A stretch of DNA of 64,000 nucleotides from Takakia lepidozioides (GCA_030704615.1 CM060732.1:61628001-61692000), one strand, 5' to 3'. Counted from the stretch's first letter, positions 50,805 through 64,000 are shown. Notes: generated by a model not told the origin, from the sequence alone. Numbers and translations: made by a program.

Positions 50805-51388
50805 TTTGGCGACCATACTGGGGACCTGGGACATGAACAACCAGATGTGACAGGCATCTGGTGGGATCATGGTGGTTGGACCATTAAAGAATTTGAAGTG
50901 AATCAAATTCCCTGTGGAACGAAGGAAGAAAGATTGTCCAAACAATTCTTTCAAAGGTTCTTGGAATTGCCAGACGGTTGTAAAGAAAATATTCTTAAAC
51001 GAGTGCATGATGCTGATCCAGAATGGGGTCTGGAGAAAGGAGTGATAAAGATTTATCAGGTAGCCTGTAGAGGAAGAGCACGTTGGTTACCAACATTGGT
51101 TTATGTGATAGCATTGCTATCCATTAAACGAGTAGAGAAGGCTGGGAAGAAAGAAAGGTGAATGTTTATACTCATATGCATGAAGAGCTTGTACTGGTAA
51201 AGAATTGGATTCCAAAGGATATTTTGTGGATCAAACTCACACCAAGAACAGCTTTTCAGACTTGTTTGCCATATGGTTATATGGTAACGGAGACTTCAAG
51301 TATAGCCAAGGGTGCATTGAAGCTTGAAAGAAACCCAGGCATATACGAGAGATATTACAGAAGAGAGTTTTGGTTATTGCCACATTAA
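50698..51388 (+). pseudogene. ORF0 of copy B (frameshifted)
   Basis: Homologous to 4746-5441; 1-bp deletion near 50706 and a short deletion near 51137. Confidence 0.75.
50807..50824 (+). promoter_or_regulatory. Primer binding site, tRNA-Arg-like
   Basis: TGGCGACCATACTGGGGA, identical to copy A, absent after the 3' LTR. Confidence 0.82.
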
Positions 51389-51409
51389 AAGAAATGAAAG
51401 ACATGGGAC

Positions 51410-54400
51410 ATGAGTGATGAAAGAGAAGCTAGACGACAGAGATATTCAGCAAAAAGAGAAAGCTATCTGAAAGCTAATTATCCATATCTTTGGGAGAGAG
51501 GAATAGACATAGGGGAATCATCTGGACCTCTCACACCATCAAGATCAAAGAGTGCATCACCTATACCGGAAGAACTAGAGTTGGATGCCACTCCTTCTGT
51601 TTCTTTGCAAGAAAGATTAAGGGAATTGGTACAGGAAGAAGATCAATCACGAGGTGAAAGATCTGAGGTACATCCTTGGATAAAAGACTTGACAGAAATC
51701 TTTGATAAGTTGGCATGGAACACCAAAAGCAGGAACTCCAGTTTCTGAAGCAGAAGATGAAGAAGGAGAAGAGGATGTGGCAGAGCCAACGGAGAGTTCA
51801 GACTCTCCAACACCATTACAGTTGAGTTACATGAGTGAAGAAGAAACCCAAGGGCAGAACTTGGAGGATGAAAACAGAGAGAAGAAATTAGAAGAGGAAG
51901 AATATGAAGAAGTAGACCCAACAGCTGAGGTTGAGACTACAACCAGGACATCCCAACCCGTTGGACCTGGATCAAGTGGAGCACTTGGATCACAGGCCAA
52001 CGAAGGTGTCGGCTCAGGGGGATCAGGCGGGCTGCCTGGATCTGGCTCTGGGGGGACAGGGAGTGTGGGAAGTAGTGCAACTGAAGCTGGGAATACTGTG
52101 AATATCGTGGGGCCAGAAGCAAGGAGTGCTCAAGGGCCACCACTTGGTGGAAGATCCACCACAAAAACAACAGGTCCAGAAGGACCAGCACCAGCAAGGG
52201 TGCCAGCACCTGTCAGTGGGCAGAAGGTAGGGCCACAGATGGCGTTACAACCAACACGGGCAAAACCACCCTTTCCAATATTCAGGAAAAGGGGATCCCG
52301 ATGTACACATTAGCCAATTTGAGCACATGTGTATAGTGAACAATGAGAATGGCGATGATGCCAAGATGAGACTGTTTCCTTGTTCACTTATCAAGAAAGC
52401 AAGTGAATGGTATGCAAGATTCCCTGATAATCATTTCCTAACCTGGAATGGCTTGAATACAGCATTTCGAAATAGGTTCAGGACAAGTAAAACTGAGGAT
52501 GAAGTGTATGGAAGTTTACAACAGCTGAAGCAGAAGAAGCATGAAACTGTTGAAGAGTATATGGAGAAGATGGAATTGATGATGAAAAAGCTGGCTGCAG
52601 TACCAGCACCCGGTTTACAGAAGACTTGGTTTGTGAGTGGACTAAGACCAGAGTTGCAAAAGAAAGTGGATATGTTACCCCATAATACAGTGGAGGAGGC
52701 ATTTGAAACTGCGAACAGAATTGAGCAATTGGGAATGCTCAGGAGAGAGAAAAAAGAAGATGAGGACTCTGAGGATGAGTCAGATGAAGAAGAAGAGCAA
52801 GAACTAAAAAGAAAGAGTAAGAGAAAGGAGAAGTTGAAGAGGGATAACTATGAAAAAAATTGGAAGAAATCTTGAAGAAGTATGCCACAGAGGCTGCAAC
52901 ACATTGGAGGAAGGGTGTATGGTGTGCAAAGTGCCAGAATGAAGGCCATACCACCACAGAATGCCACATGAAGGAGAAACACTGTACTATCTGTAAAATG
53001 GATAACCATTCTACTGAGAATTGTTACTACAACAGAAGGACAGCTGCAAGAGAACCTAGGCAAGTAAGGGTGCATCAGGTGCAGCCCCAGCCAAGAAGAA
53101 ACAATGATCAGGACCACTATGGTAGGTCTGGTGGTTATAACAATGGCATGGAAGGGAGAGGTAATTCAAGAGGGAATTACCAAGGAAATTCCAGAGGCAA
53201 CTATCAGGGTAATCCAAGGGGGAATTACCAGCCCGGGAATCAGGATTATAGAAATAATCCAAGAACAGACCAAGGGCGAGGACCCAATGGTGAAGAGCTA
53301 TGTTACTATTGTAATCAGCCAGGACATCGCAAGGCAGCCTGTTCATTCTGGATAAGACACCAGAATGAGATGAGAGCTCCTGTGAATGAGGGCCCAGTGG
53401 TGGCAGCTCACATGGTTAGGCCATGTGTTGTACCAGAAGTAAGTACAATGATAGTAACAAGAAGTAAAGCCAAACTAATACCTCCAGTAGAAGAGGAAGA
53501 AGATGAGACTGGAAGTGGCAATGATATGCCTGAAGATGAAGAGACTTGGAAAGATGAGAAGGAACTGCACAAGGAAGTGGCAGATACTATAAGGGAAATG
53601 CAAAAGAGTACTGATATTCCTGTGGCAGATTCCTCTGATTCGGATGGAGAAAAGAAGGGAGTGAGGAAGAAAGGAAAAAAGAAGATGCAGACATGCAAAG
53701 TAATGAAGAGACTTTGGCTGAAGTAATATGTCAGACCAAAGCAGAAATTACCATTGGACAGCTATTAGCTGTGGCACCTTATTGTAGGCACAGGCTGTAT
53801 CAAGCAATCAATCGAATTGCCCAAGAGACAGGAAACACAGACCTGAACAGCAAGGTGACCAGTTATAATGTGAAGCCGGAAGGGCGAGAACCAGTCATGG
53901 ACTTTGATGATTCTATGCCAGTAATCCAATTGAGAATTGGAAGCACAGAACTAACTGTGTACTGATAGATGGTGGTTCTGGAGTAAATATCATGACAGAC
54001 CAATTAAGGAAGAAGCTTGGTCTAAGTAACATGAAACCAGCCCCATTTACAGTAACAATGGCAGATCAAAGAAGTGTACAGCCATTGGGATTAATAAGAG
54101 GAGTTAAGATACAGATACAGAAAATGATCTTTATGATCACAGTAACTGTATTAAAAATGGATGAAGTCATGGAGGCTTACTCCTTATTATTGGGACGTCC
54201 GTGGCTGAAACAGGCCAGGGTATTCCTGGACTCAGTTACTAACCGTGCATAATGGGATACACGAGATACAAATTACCACAAAGAAATCTAGTAGATTACC
54301 TGCTACAAGAAGACCTCGAGGAGTCAGAGAGTATGACTGGAGAGGAGGACTGGATGAGGAGCAGGAAGCTACCCTATTTGCTGCACACCCAGAGTGGGAG

Positions 54401-57400
54401 CAGGTTGCAGAGATGCGGCTGGAAAGCCTAAGTTGTTTGAGAGGTATCTGCTGTGGTGTAGTGACAGCAACACCAACTGAAGAGGAAACCAGCATTTACC
54501 CATCACATTTCTATGAAGAAGAGAAGGAGAAATAGAAATCCTAGAAGAACCAGCCACTGTGAGCTTACAGGATGAAGTGGTGACTGGTTGGACAATCACA
54601 GCTGATGAGCAGGTGAGAGAAGTAAATGTGGGAACTCAGGAGGAACCGAGGATGGTGAAAGTAGGAGCTGATTTGGAGCCGGAATTCTTCGAAGAAGCTA
54701 AAAGCTTGTTCATCAAATACAGAGATGTATTTGCTTGGAGCTATGAGGATCTAAAAGGGATACCACCTGAAGTCTGTCAGCATAAGATTGAACTGGAACC
54801 AGGGTCAGTACCAATCAAGCAGGCGAGGTATAGAATGAATCCCAACTACGCACAGAAGGTTGGAGAAGAGATAAAGAAGTTGGCTGAGGCTAAGTTTTAT
54901 ACCCAATAGAGTATACAACTTGGTTGTCACCCATTGTTATAGTTCCCAAGAAGAATGGCAAACTAAGAGTATGTGTGAACTATAAGAAGCTGAATGCTTG
55001 TACGAAGAAAGATCCTTTCCCTTTGCCATTCACAGAAGCAGTATTAGACACTGTGGCAGGCCATGAGATGTACTCATTCATGGATGGCTTCAGTGGTTAT
55101 AATCAAGTGCAAGTGGCAGAAGAAGACCAAGGGAAAACAGCTTTCATCACAGACTGGGGGGCTTATGCATACAAAGTCATGCCCTTTGGACTTTGTAATG
55201 CACCAGCGACCTTTCAGAGAGTGATAAGTGAATCTTTTCATGAGTATCTGGATGATTTCATGCAGGTTTCTTGGATGATTTCAGTGTGTACAGCTCTAAG
55301 ATGAGCACTTGCATAAATTGGAGTTATGTTGGCCAGATGCAGGATGAGAGGTCTGGGCCTGAATCCAGAGAAGTGTACTTTCTGTGTGAACTCAGGGGTG
55401 CTTCTGGGACACATTGTGTGTAAGAAGGGACTCCTGTGGATCCCAGGAAGACAGAGTCCATTAAAGCCTCTCCACCACCAGTGAATGTTAAAAGTCTAAG
55501 GAGATTCCTTGGGCAAACCAGTTATTACAGAAGATTTGTCAAAAGGTATGCACAAATAGCACCATTGAGCAAGCTCTGAAGAAAGATGCAGTGTTTGCCT
55601 GGACAGCTGAATGTCAACAGGCGTTTGAGGAAACTTACACTGTCAGTAACAACTACACCTGTGCTGATTAACCCTCACTGGCATGTAGTTTCATGTTCAC
55701 TGCGATGCATCAGGAGAAGCGTTGGGAGCGGTGTTAGCCCAGAATGTTACAGGGAATATAGATTCACCTGTGTACTATGCTAGCCGGTTGATGAACAGTG
55801 CTGAGAGGAACTATAGCACAACGGAAAGAGAAGCATTGGCAATGATTTATGCAGTGAAGAAATTCAGGCATTACCTATTGGGAAGAAAGTTTATGTTTTA
55901 TGTGGATCACCAGGCTCTGATATATCTGGTGAACAAACCTTTGATAAGTGGAAGGATAGCGAGGTGGTTAATAATCTTGCATGAGTTTGAGTTCGAGGTT
56001 ATTTACAAGCCTGGCCGTTTGCATCTTGTGGCAGATCATTGTCACGACTAACAACAGGAGAAGGCCGCCAGGAGTGGACGATCAGTTACCTGATGCGAGT
56101 TTATTTGTAATGGAGGTGCAAGGAAGTGCAGATGAATGGTTAGATTGGCAGTGGCCAATCAGATACTACCTTGCTCATGGTCAGTGCCCACCTAGTTATG
56201 GTAAGGAGCAGAGGAAGAGAATTGCTATCAAAGCTTTACCTTATACTATGGTAGGAAGCAGAATGTATAAGTTAGGACCTGATGGAGTACTAAAACGATG
56301 CTTGTACCACCATGAAGTAAATAAAGTTTTGGAGGAAGTTCATAAAGGAGTGGCTGGAGGTCATTTTGGAGAAGAGACTACCAGTAGAAAGATACTACTC
56401 GCAGGATACTGGTGGCCTACTTTGTTCAAAGATGTACACGAGTATTGTCAGAAGTGTGATGAATGTCAGAGGCTAGGACCTTTGCAGAGATCTGGAAGGA
56501 TGGCCTTGCATCCTACAATGCCTACGGAACCATTTCAGAAATGGGGACTAGACTTTGTTGGACCAATTAACCCACCATCCAAGAATACACGAAACAGGTA
56601 CATAATTACAGCCACTGATTATACTACAAAGTGGGTGGAAGCTAAAGCTTTGAGGGACAACACAGCCAAGTCCACAGCAAGGTTCCTGTACGAGAACATA
56701 CTTACACGATTGGCTGTCCCTTAGAATTTATCAGTGATCAAGGAAGTCACTTCATGAATGAGACCATTGAGTTGTTGACTAAAGAGTTTATGATTGTGCA
56801 TAGAAAGAGTACAACATATTACCCACAGGGTAATGGGCAGGCAGAGGCTACCAACAAAATACTATGTACTATCTTGGCTAAGATAGTCAATGCAAACAGA
56901 ACGGATTGGGATACAAAGCTGCTGACAGCTTTGTGGTCATACAGGACTTCATATAAAGTCACCACTAAGTATACACCATTCCAATTAGTTTATGGTATGG
57001 AAGCCTTACTTCCAGTGGAATTCCTGTTACCTACCATGAGAACGGAGTGGGGAAAAAGAATGGAATTGCAAGACTCCATCAAGGTCAGGAAACATGAATT
57101 ATACCATGTGGAAGAAGTACGTGCTGATGCAGCTGATAATATGACCAGAATTCAGATGAAGCGAAAGGAACAGTTTGATGAAGGCAAGTTAAAGACTTTT
57201 AAGACGGGGGATTTGGTTCTATGGTTGCAGAAGAAAGGAAAGATTCAAGCTTCTAAGCTTAAATCACCATGGAAAGGACCTTATGTCATACAAAAGATGT
57301 ATGATAACAACACCGCCATGTTACAAACCATTAACAAAGAAATGCTGGGAAGAGTCAATGCAAATAAGTTGAAGGGGTACAGTGGTATCCATGACAAACC

Positions 57401-57683
57401 CCTGCAGCATGATTTGCATGTTGAACCGCAAGAGCAGTCACGGGCTGCACCAGTGTTACGAACGGAGTATGGAACACTTGTCGCTAGGCCCAGCATATAT
57501 GACCAGGGTGGGCAAAACAAACGTGACACAGCCTATCACAGCCCATCACAGCCTATCACAGCCCATCACAGTTCACAGCCCATTTATTTATACACAGCCT
57601 ATCAACAACCTACCACAGCGTGTCACAGCCTATCACAGCTTACCACAGTGCATCACAGCCTATCACAGCGTAACACAGTATGA
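51410..57683 (+). pseudogene. gag-pol of copy B (gag, three Zn knuckles, aspartic protease, RT, RNase H, integrase), many frameshifts
   Basis: LIDGGSGVNI protease (about 53962), DGFSGYNQ, NYSTTEREALA, H-x6-H..CDEC integrase Zn finger, [32 protein letters not shown]. Confidence 0.95.
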
Positions 57684-57710
57684 CACAGCCTGTCACAGCT
57701 CAACACAGCC
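57524..57710 (+). repeat. (TAT)CACAGCC tandem array downstream of integrase
   Basis: Imperfect 10-mer repeats related to the LTR (GT)CACAGCC array. Confidence 0.8.
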
Positions 57711-58182
57711 TACTAAAGTTACACGATCCATAGAATCAGTGACAAGTGGACACATAATAACTTCAGGAAAATGGATGACGGAAGAGGAAACGGAAATTAC
57801 TTTAAAAATAGACACGTGGAGGTCAGGGCGCGACACACAGCAGAGAATGAAGTGCAAGGACAGGTGTCAAAAAGAAAGAGGACAAGAACGGCCGTCAAAA
57901 GGGATGAAAGGCGGGCCCATTAATGATACGGAAAAAGGGAAACGGAACGAACGGCAAGTACAGAAAAGCGAATTCTTGTCACATGTGTGATCCTAGTGGA
58001 CTATCCAACAGGGAAAGTCCACTAAAGAAGATAAAATTAAAATCCAGTCACAGCGGATACAGCCAATAGAAAACCAGAGAAAGGATCAAGAAAATGGAGG
58101 GAAATTGAGCGCAAGAGGCGGCGTCGTTCTGAGTAACGGGCGTCTCGACAGGACAGGCCATAAATGCTAACTTGGAAAAACT

Positions 58183-61100
58183 ATGGAGGAACTAACAGAC
58201 TATACGCTCGCAATATTACTTACGCAGTGGCATAGACACGAAAGGACAGAGCAGAGCTTTTCTCTTGAGCAATGCTTGCAAGCCCCGCAGGCTTACAAGA
58301 AATTACCCATAGCTTTCTGCGGCAACCATACGTTTATGCTTTGTGCACTACAGGCATTCCTGCAGTTGTTACAGCCAAAGCAGTTCTGTGAGTCTAAAAT
58401 GAAGAGAGTGAGAGGAATGGAGGAAATCAGGGTGAAGAGCACCACAATTCTGCAGAAACAAACGATGGCTACCCCACAGGCGATAAAGATACTGGAGGAG
58501 CTGAGATTGGAAGGATTGCAAAGCCTAGATTGGACACTACACCATAGACAGTACATGTTACAATTTTTGCAGAACTTTGAGCCAAGGACAGGAACAACAA
58601 CGGTGAAGGGAGTTGAATTAATGATTACTCCCCTATACCTCCAGCAATTGTTTCGATTGCCAGCAGGTCAGGTGCATGTGGAGGAACACAGGGCAAGACT
58701 GCAAATAGGGGACTTATTCCAAGAAGGGAGTTTCTTTAAAACTCAGGGTTATGCTTGTACCAAAGCTGTGTACCCAGGGTTAAAAGAGATAGGCCAGGTA
58801 TTGAACGTTCTGATTGCCCTGAAACAGAACCAACAATATTTGAGCAGATCCTTCACAGAGGAAATACTCAAAGGCCTGAAGGGACAAGAGGTACAATGGG
58901 CGGACATAATGTACAACGCACTGGTAGAGGAGATGAAAAGATTACAAGGTACTACCGCAAAGTCTCCTATCATAGTGTCTGGCCCAATCATTGCTCAAAT
59001 AATCCTTAATTCTGGCATACTTAATGCACAAGAAAGGAAGGAAATGGGAGTGTTTGAGCCAGAAACAACTGCAATGGAAGAGCAAGGCTCTTCACACAGT
59101 GAGGGTGGACTAGCAGCACAACCCGAGACTAAGAGGCAGAGAAGGGGAAAGACTGTAGTGGCGGATCCACTGGCTTCACGGATTCCGCATGATAATGTTT
59201 CCCAAGCTCATGGCCAGGAAGGGGCACAGCAGCACAGAAAATGCTATTACTGGAAGCAGGACCTTCAGAGAGGGAGGAGGAAGTTACTTCTGCATCACAA
59301 CCATCACAGCCACTTGAACGACTTGTCACAAGGTCACAAGTTATCCATGCAGCTCAACCCGAAATAATTGATTTGGAAAGTGAAGGGATAGATATTCCAA
59401 CTACAGAACAGATAGTGGCAGAAATAGAGAAAGGGGACCTTCTCTATGAATATTCTGGTCTGGTCAAGGAGACAGAAATCCCAGAGGTGCAACAGTTGCC
59501 CAAGGGAAATCCTGAGGTGCATATAATACACACACCTGTGTCGGAGGTACCACAGGCGGAAGGTCATGACACTGTAGCACCGGTGATAGATGAAGTAGTT
59601 CAGGAAGAAAATCCGGTGGGACAATGGCCTGAATGGTTAGTGAGACATCATACTGTTGAAGATCAGGAGGAACAGCAGCAACCTCACCATGATGACCCTC
59701 AACAGGCAATGCTGATGAGTTCCATAGGCAGGACACTTAATTTGTTGGGGACTTATGTCAAATCCCATGTTCCAATTACCCAATTGACAGCCTTGAAAGA
59801 GGAACTCAGGAAGGAGTTTGAGGCTCGACTTGCCACTGAGTGTGCAAACAAGGTCGATGAAGAGGTCACTCTCAAGATGAAGCAGGACTTGGGCAATACA
59901 GAAATGGCTTTGCAATTGGCCAAGCAACAATTGATTGAGGCAGGCCTCGCGCAAGACCAGTTGCACGAAGCACATAAGCAACAGCTATACCAAATGCAGG
60001 TGCAGCATGAAAGCAAGTTGCAAGAACTGAATGCACTACATACGGAGTTGCAGACAGTGCATAACAGGATGGCGATACAATGTGCTACATTTACAACTAT
60101 GCTTGACCAATCAACAAAAGAAATAAACAGTCAAGCGGAAAAATGTACGAAGGCAGAAGAAGAGAATGTTGAGCAAATGAAGCTCATTGTCGATATGAAG
60201 AATACAATCTGTCGCAATGAAGATACTTTCAAGCAATACAGGCAGATGGAAAGCTGATCAAGAGAAACACATCGTGGAGTTGCAACAAACCATCATGGCC
60301 AATAGAAATGAAATCGCGGTCAGTAACAAGGCTTGGAAGGAAGCCAATAATCTACTTGCTGCTATGCGCAATTGGTTGAGCCACAGGCGAAGCGCATGGA
60401 GGCTTTACAACAGCAGTTGGAATTGTACAAGCTAAGAGAGGAGCAAACTCTCAGGGGAACCACAAGCAGCTTGGTGGATAACAGCCTTATGCAGGTCTGG
60501 TTAGCACAAGGGCCAGTAGAGGGCAAAGCCCCACGGAAGCTCACCCAAAGCGAGATGAATGAGCTCAGGCTGCAGGTGCAGAACATTGCCACAACTACTA
60601 TAGACAATGTCTATAGTAGGATAGCAGAGTTACAAGAGGATGTAGACGGACTCCAGACTCAAGTGGAAGACCTCACTTCAAACATCGACCAAAGAGTCTA
60701 TATCCCTCAGGAACAGCTAATGGCTTCTTATTTACAAGCCAGAACTTTGGCTTTTCAGTCTTCACAGGAGGTGCAGGAGATGCCAATGATACAGGAGCCA
60801 GTACCACCACCACCACAACAGGTCAGTGTACCAGTAGCTGAACCTGTGGTTACTACAACCACACCACAGCCACCACAGCCGGAGGTATGGGGCAATGCCG
60901 CTTTTAACCCACCTAAAACTCCAGCTGCAAGGGAGTACAGTAGGGCTATGCTTATGCCCTTCAACCAAATTCCCATCATGTTGGATTTGGCTTGGAAAGA
61001 ATTTAGTCCTCCGCAGTCATTCGCACATTACTACCAAATCATGCGTATTTGGCTGCCAGTGGCAACTAGGACTAAAGTTCTTCCAAACAATCGACATATT

Positions 61101-61679
61101 GAAGATCATCACTTTGCACAATACTGGCACGAGGCAGGTACCATGTTGAGGGAATTGGTTGCTTTCCAGGTTGTACATGGACTCATTTATACCAAGACCA
61201 AGGAGATAGCAAGTATTGTCATGGGGTGCGGGCTATACTACGCTGCTTGTTTTCTGGTACGTTACCACATTGAGCAACAAAAGATGCAAACACGCTTTCA
61301 AAGTTATTCCAGTGGAGATCATTGGGTATTACCTTCGGTGCCACCTCATATGTACCTATATGACCCAAAAGTTATGATGCAAAAGGATTCTCAAATTCGT
61401 TCATGGTTTCAAGCAGCCTGCAACCATTTGTCAACACAGAAATTCGGACTTGATGACATTTTCTATAAGGGACATGTGGCATGGAAGTACTTGCACGCTG
61501 CACCAGTAATTGGTACCCCACTCACCTGGACAGACAAGGAGCTCAGTGTCTACACCAATTTTGCTGTTCAGCGGTTACACCAAGTTGTAAAATGCAAACT
61601 TCCAGACATGGTAGGACAGCATTGTATGCCCCAGATGATTCCAAAAAGTTCGAAAATTAAAACACCTGAGAGGCGATGA
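58183..61679 (+). pseudogene. Extra sense ORF downstream of pol (about 1100 aa if joined): Athila-ORF/'Transposase_32'-like N-domain, acidic linker, coiled coil, unknown C-domain
   Basis: Three consecutive ORFs (394, 338, 435 aa) inside the LTRs; motif YMLQFLQNF..TVKGVELMITP..LQQLFRLP..VQWA; Q/E/L heptad-rich segment at about 59780-60700. Confidence 0.7.
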
Positions 61680-61966
61680 GGATTCTGATACAACTGTTTC
61701 TTCACAGAATTCTTTTGACATGGGAGAAGACTATGCAATTCAGATGGCAGAAAAGAAGCGAGGGGTCTCCTATGCCGGAAAGGTTACCTCGATATCAGCC
61801 TCCAGAGGGCCTCACTTATCCAGGTAGTGATCAACCATCTCCGTCAACCAGAGACAGACCTCGGGCTCGTACACACAGTCCGCCACGAAACTCTCAACGT
61901 CAACAAGGTGCTCACTCACAAAGGTTTGCTACTCGGAAACAGTAAACCGTGAGGACACGGCTTTTT

Positions 61967-61980
61967 GAGGGGGGAAGGGG
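61967..61980 (+). promoter_or_regulatory. Polypurine tract
   Basis: GAGGGGGGAAGGGG, 3 nt before the 3' LTR TG. Confidence 0.9.
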
Positions 61981-61983
61981 TAA

Positions 61984-62937
61984 TGTTAGAGGACTGTAGG
62001 GGACTTAGACACTTATACGGGATCTGTAGGGTACCCTTAATTTTTGCACAGACTGAGACCAACAGGAGCCTTAGGGGTGACAGCAGCGCACTGTAGAGGG
62101 GGGTTACACACACACACAGTCGTCACAGCCCGTCACAGTCGTCACAGCTTACACAGCCAACACAGCCCGTCACAGTCGTCACAGCAGACACAGCCGATAC
62201 AGCCACACAGCCACACAGCCAGTCACAGCCCGACACAGCCAAACACAGTCGCACAGCCAGTCACAGCCCGTCACAGTTTCACACAGCCAGTCACAGCTTG
62301 ACACAGCGGTCACATCATAAGGAACGAAGAGTAGGACAGGGAACGACTGTGGGGAACAACACCTGCGAAGGGAACATGTTAGTTCACAGACAACGGTTAG
62401 CGAGGGAAACGGTTAGAACCGCGGAGAGGAAGATAAAGGGAGAAACGGGGAGATGAGGATCATTATTCGGAGGAGGACTTCTTAGTCAGGCTGGAGCGGA
62501 GATCGGAAGCAAAAGATGGAGAGCACGGTGAAGGAGGAAAGAGGATTAGTAGATGCTTGTTATATGCAAAGCTGTAGTGATATTGTAGAGCAGATTAGAG
62601 ACATAATGGCTTCGGCCTGATACCTGATAAATCATAATCTGATACTTATACGATACAATCACACTGTGTAGAGAGATCTGAGTGAAGCTGTGGATTGAAT
62701 GGATGAGTGAAGGAAACCGATAGATTGATGAAGCAAACTGATACTTAATTATCAATGGTAAGGTAGCTAAGATGAATGCGGAAAGGGAAACAAATAGGAA
62801 ACACCCCCATGATACACTAGCTGTAGGTCATGACTGATTGTTCTGCGCGGGCTGAGTACTTAGAGATTTCCAACTCTTCTATCTTGGAGTTTCCGCCTCG
62901 GATAGCGAAGGGATGGGTGAGTAAAAGCCGCGCGACA
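61984..62937 (+). repeat. 3' LTR of copy B (954 bp)
   Basis: TGTTAGAGG...GCGCGACA; longer CACAGCC array than the 5' LTR. Confidence 0.95.
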
Positions 62938-63653
62938 GGGGATCCAATTTCAAAACCTAAGAAGGCGCCAGTAAGTTTTCTCTAACTTACATTTCATTGT
63001 TGAAGATCTGCGTAGAGATTGAGTGGAATGTCCCAGACAGGGATTGTCGCTACCGACCATCACAACGGTGATTTGCTTTCTACTCCTCTGCTAAGGGTTT
63101 ACCGCACAATGAGTGGGTGACTATCGGTACCGTCATTCACTGTTGTTCAGATCATACAGTGTGTCTGATTGCCTTTCAAGCAGTCCTTCCTCTTCCCTTC
63201 TTTAGCAGGAACATGTGATTGAAGTCTACTGAATTGCGAGCGTCGTTAACGCCATTCGATTCTCCTCATGAGATTTATGTACCTATGTGTTTGAAGAGAG
63301 AGTGAGGGTCGGCATACCGTCAATCATCGTTGTTCAGATCATACAGTCTGATTGCCTTTCAAGCAGTCCTTCATCTTCCCATGCTGGCGACGGTAATCAC
63401 AATGGAGTTAATCTGAATAATCTGCACTTATTGTCCGCCCTAAACTATACTGAATGTCGTTGCCGCCAATCACTGACACATAGATATCATTACACAACAC
63501 CGATCCGGTAGGTCCTTATCTTTTGCGATTGTCGTTAACGCCGTTCGCTATCGCTCTCGCTTTTGTTTTGAATACGGCAGGATCAGCTTTGCTTGTGTAG
63601 ATTGTGCTGAATTGTTTCACACCATTCATAGTGAGTTTCTTGGAGACAGAGTG

Positions 63654-64000
63654 ATGGTCGTTACCGCCGTTCACTATTTGCAAATTACTCAGTCAGAATT
63701 AAATGGCATCGTGCAGAAAACTGTGAGGTCGAAGCCTACAGGATCAGAGGGGAAAGGATCTGGAGATGGGGACGAGTCCGGAAAAAGCTCAGAGAATACA
63801 GATGAAGCAGATGAATCTGAAGTGCACTACCTTGACAAGGTGAAAGAACTCATGTCATTCCAGAAGGTAAACTCTCAGGAGGTTATAAGGGACATGCTCG
63901 TATCTGGAGGGCGTCTGGACATCCCTCTGTGCCAGATGATATCTATGCCTGTTGTGCGTCCACCTCTTTCCCATGACATAACAAAATTGGATAGTGATTT
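63654..64000 (+). CDS. Open frame running off the window, unknown (probably TE-associated) protein
   Basis: Frame open from ATG 63654: MVVTAVHY..DESEVHYLDKVKELMSFQKVNSQEVIRDMLVSGGRLDIPLCQMISMPVVRPPLSHDITKLDSD; not in the ORF track because it has no stop. Confidence 0.45.
   Translation, partial: MVVTAVHYLQITQSELNGIVQKTVRSKPTGSEGKGSGDGDESGKSSENTDEADESEVHYLDKVKELMSFQKVNSQEVIRDMLVSGGRLDIPLCQMISMPVVRPPLSHDITKLDSD

Larger units (their letters stand above)
49928..62937 (+). mobile_element. Ty3/Gypsy LTR retrotransposon copy B, near full length (about 13 kb)
   Basis: Two LTRs, PBS, ORF0, gag-PR-RT-RH-INT order, downstream extra ORF, PPT; no chromodomain and no additional RNase H seen; no TSD. Confidence 0.97.

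Noticed and set aside
55980-57683. Tat/Ogre additional RNase H or chromodomain in pol
   Set aside because: RNase H is followed directly by the integrase Zn finger, and no chromodomain motif is visible after GPY.

Overview
Eukaryotic nuclear DNA, most likely from a non-seed land plant (inferred from spliceosomal introns, very uniform PLS-class PPR repeats and non-chromovirus Ty3/Gypsy elements). The window is dominated by transposons. (1) Three copies of one non-chromovirus Ty3/Gypsy family. Copy A (1-6296, minus) is inserted into the gag of copy C (6297-7511, plus). Copy B (49928-62937, plus) is near full length, with a tRNA-Arg-type PBS, a PPT, an extra ORF upstream of gag and a long extra ORF downstream of pol. 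(2) A family of rolling-circle Helitron-like elements (Helentron/HLE2-like ends: 11-bp subterminal inverted repeat plus GNA-triloop hairpins) in head-to-tail tandem arrays at 7578-26681 (plus) and about 39700-44793 (minus). The first unit carries a deleted Rep/PIF1-helicase/C48-protease gene. The other units carry mosaics of PLS-E-DYW RNA-editing PPR gene pieces, and one carries a phage gp2.5-like ssDNA-binding ORF next to its 3' end. (3) One multi-exon host gene between the two arrays, a TRM4/NSUN2 tRNA m5C methyltransferase (27000 to about 34562), with several lesions. (4) A Mutator-like element with GCM-like, DDE, Zn-finger and SWIM domains, and two tRNA-derived SINEs. The best candidate for an undescribed system is the PPR-DYW-carrying tandem Helentron arrays. 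All domain calls are by eye, with no database searches.
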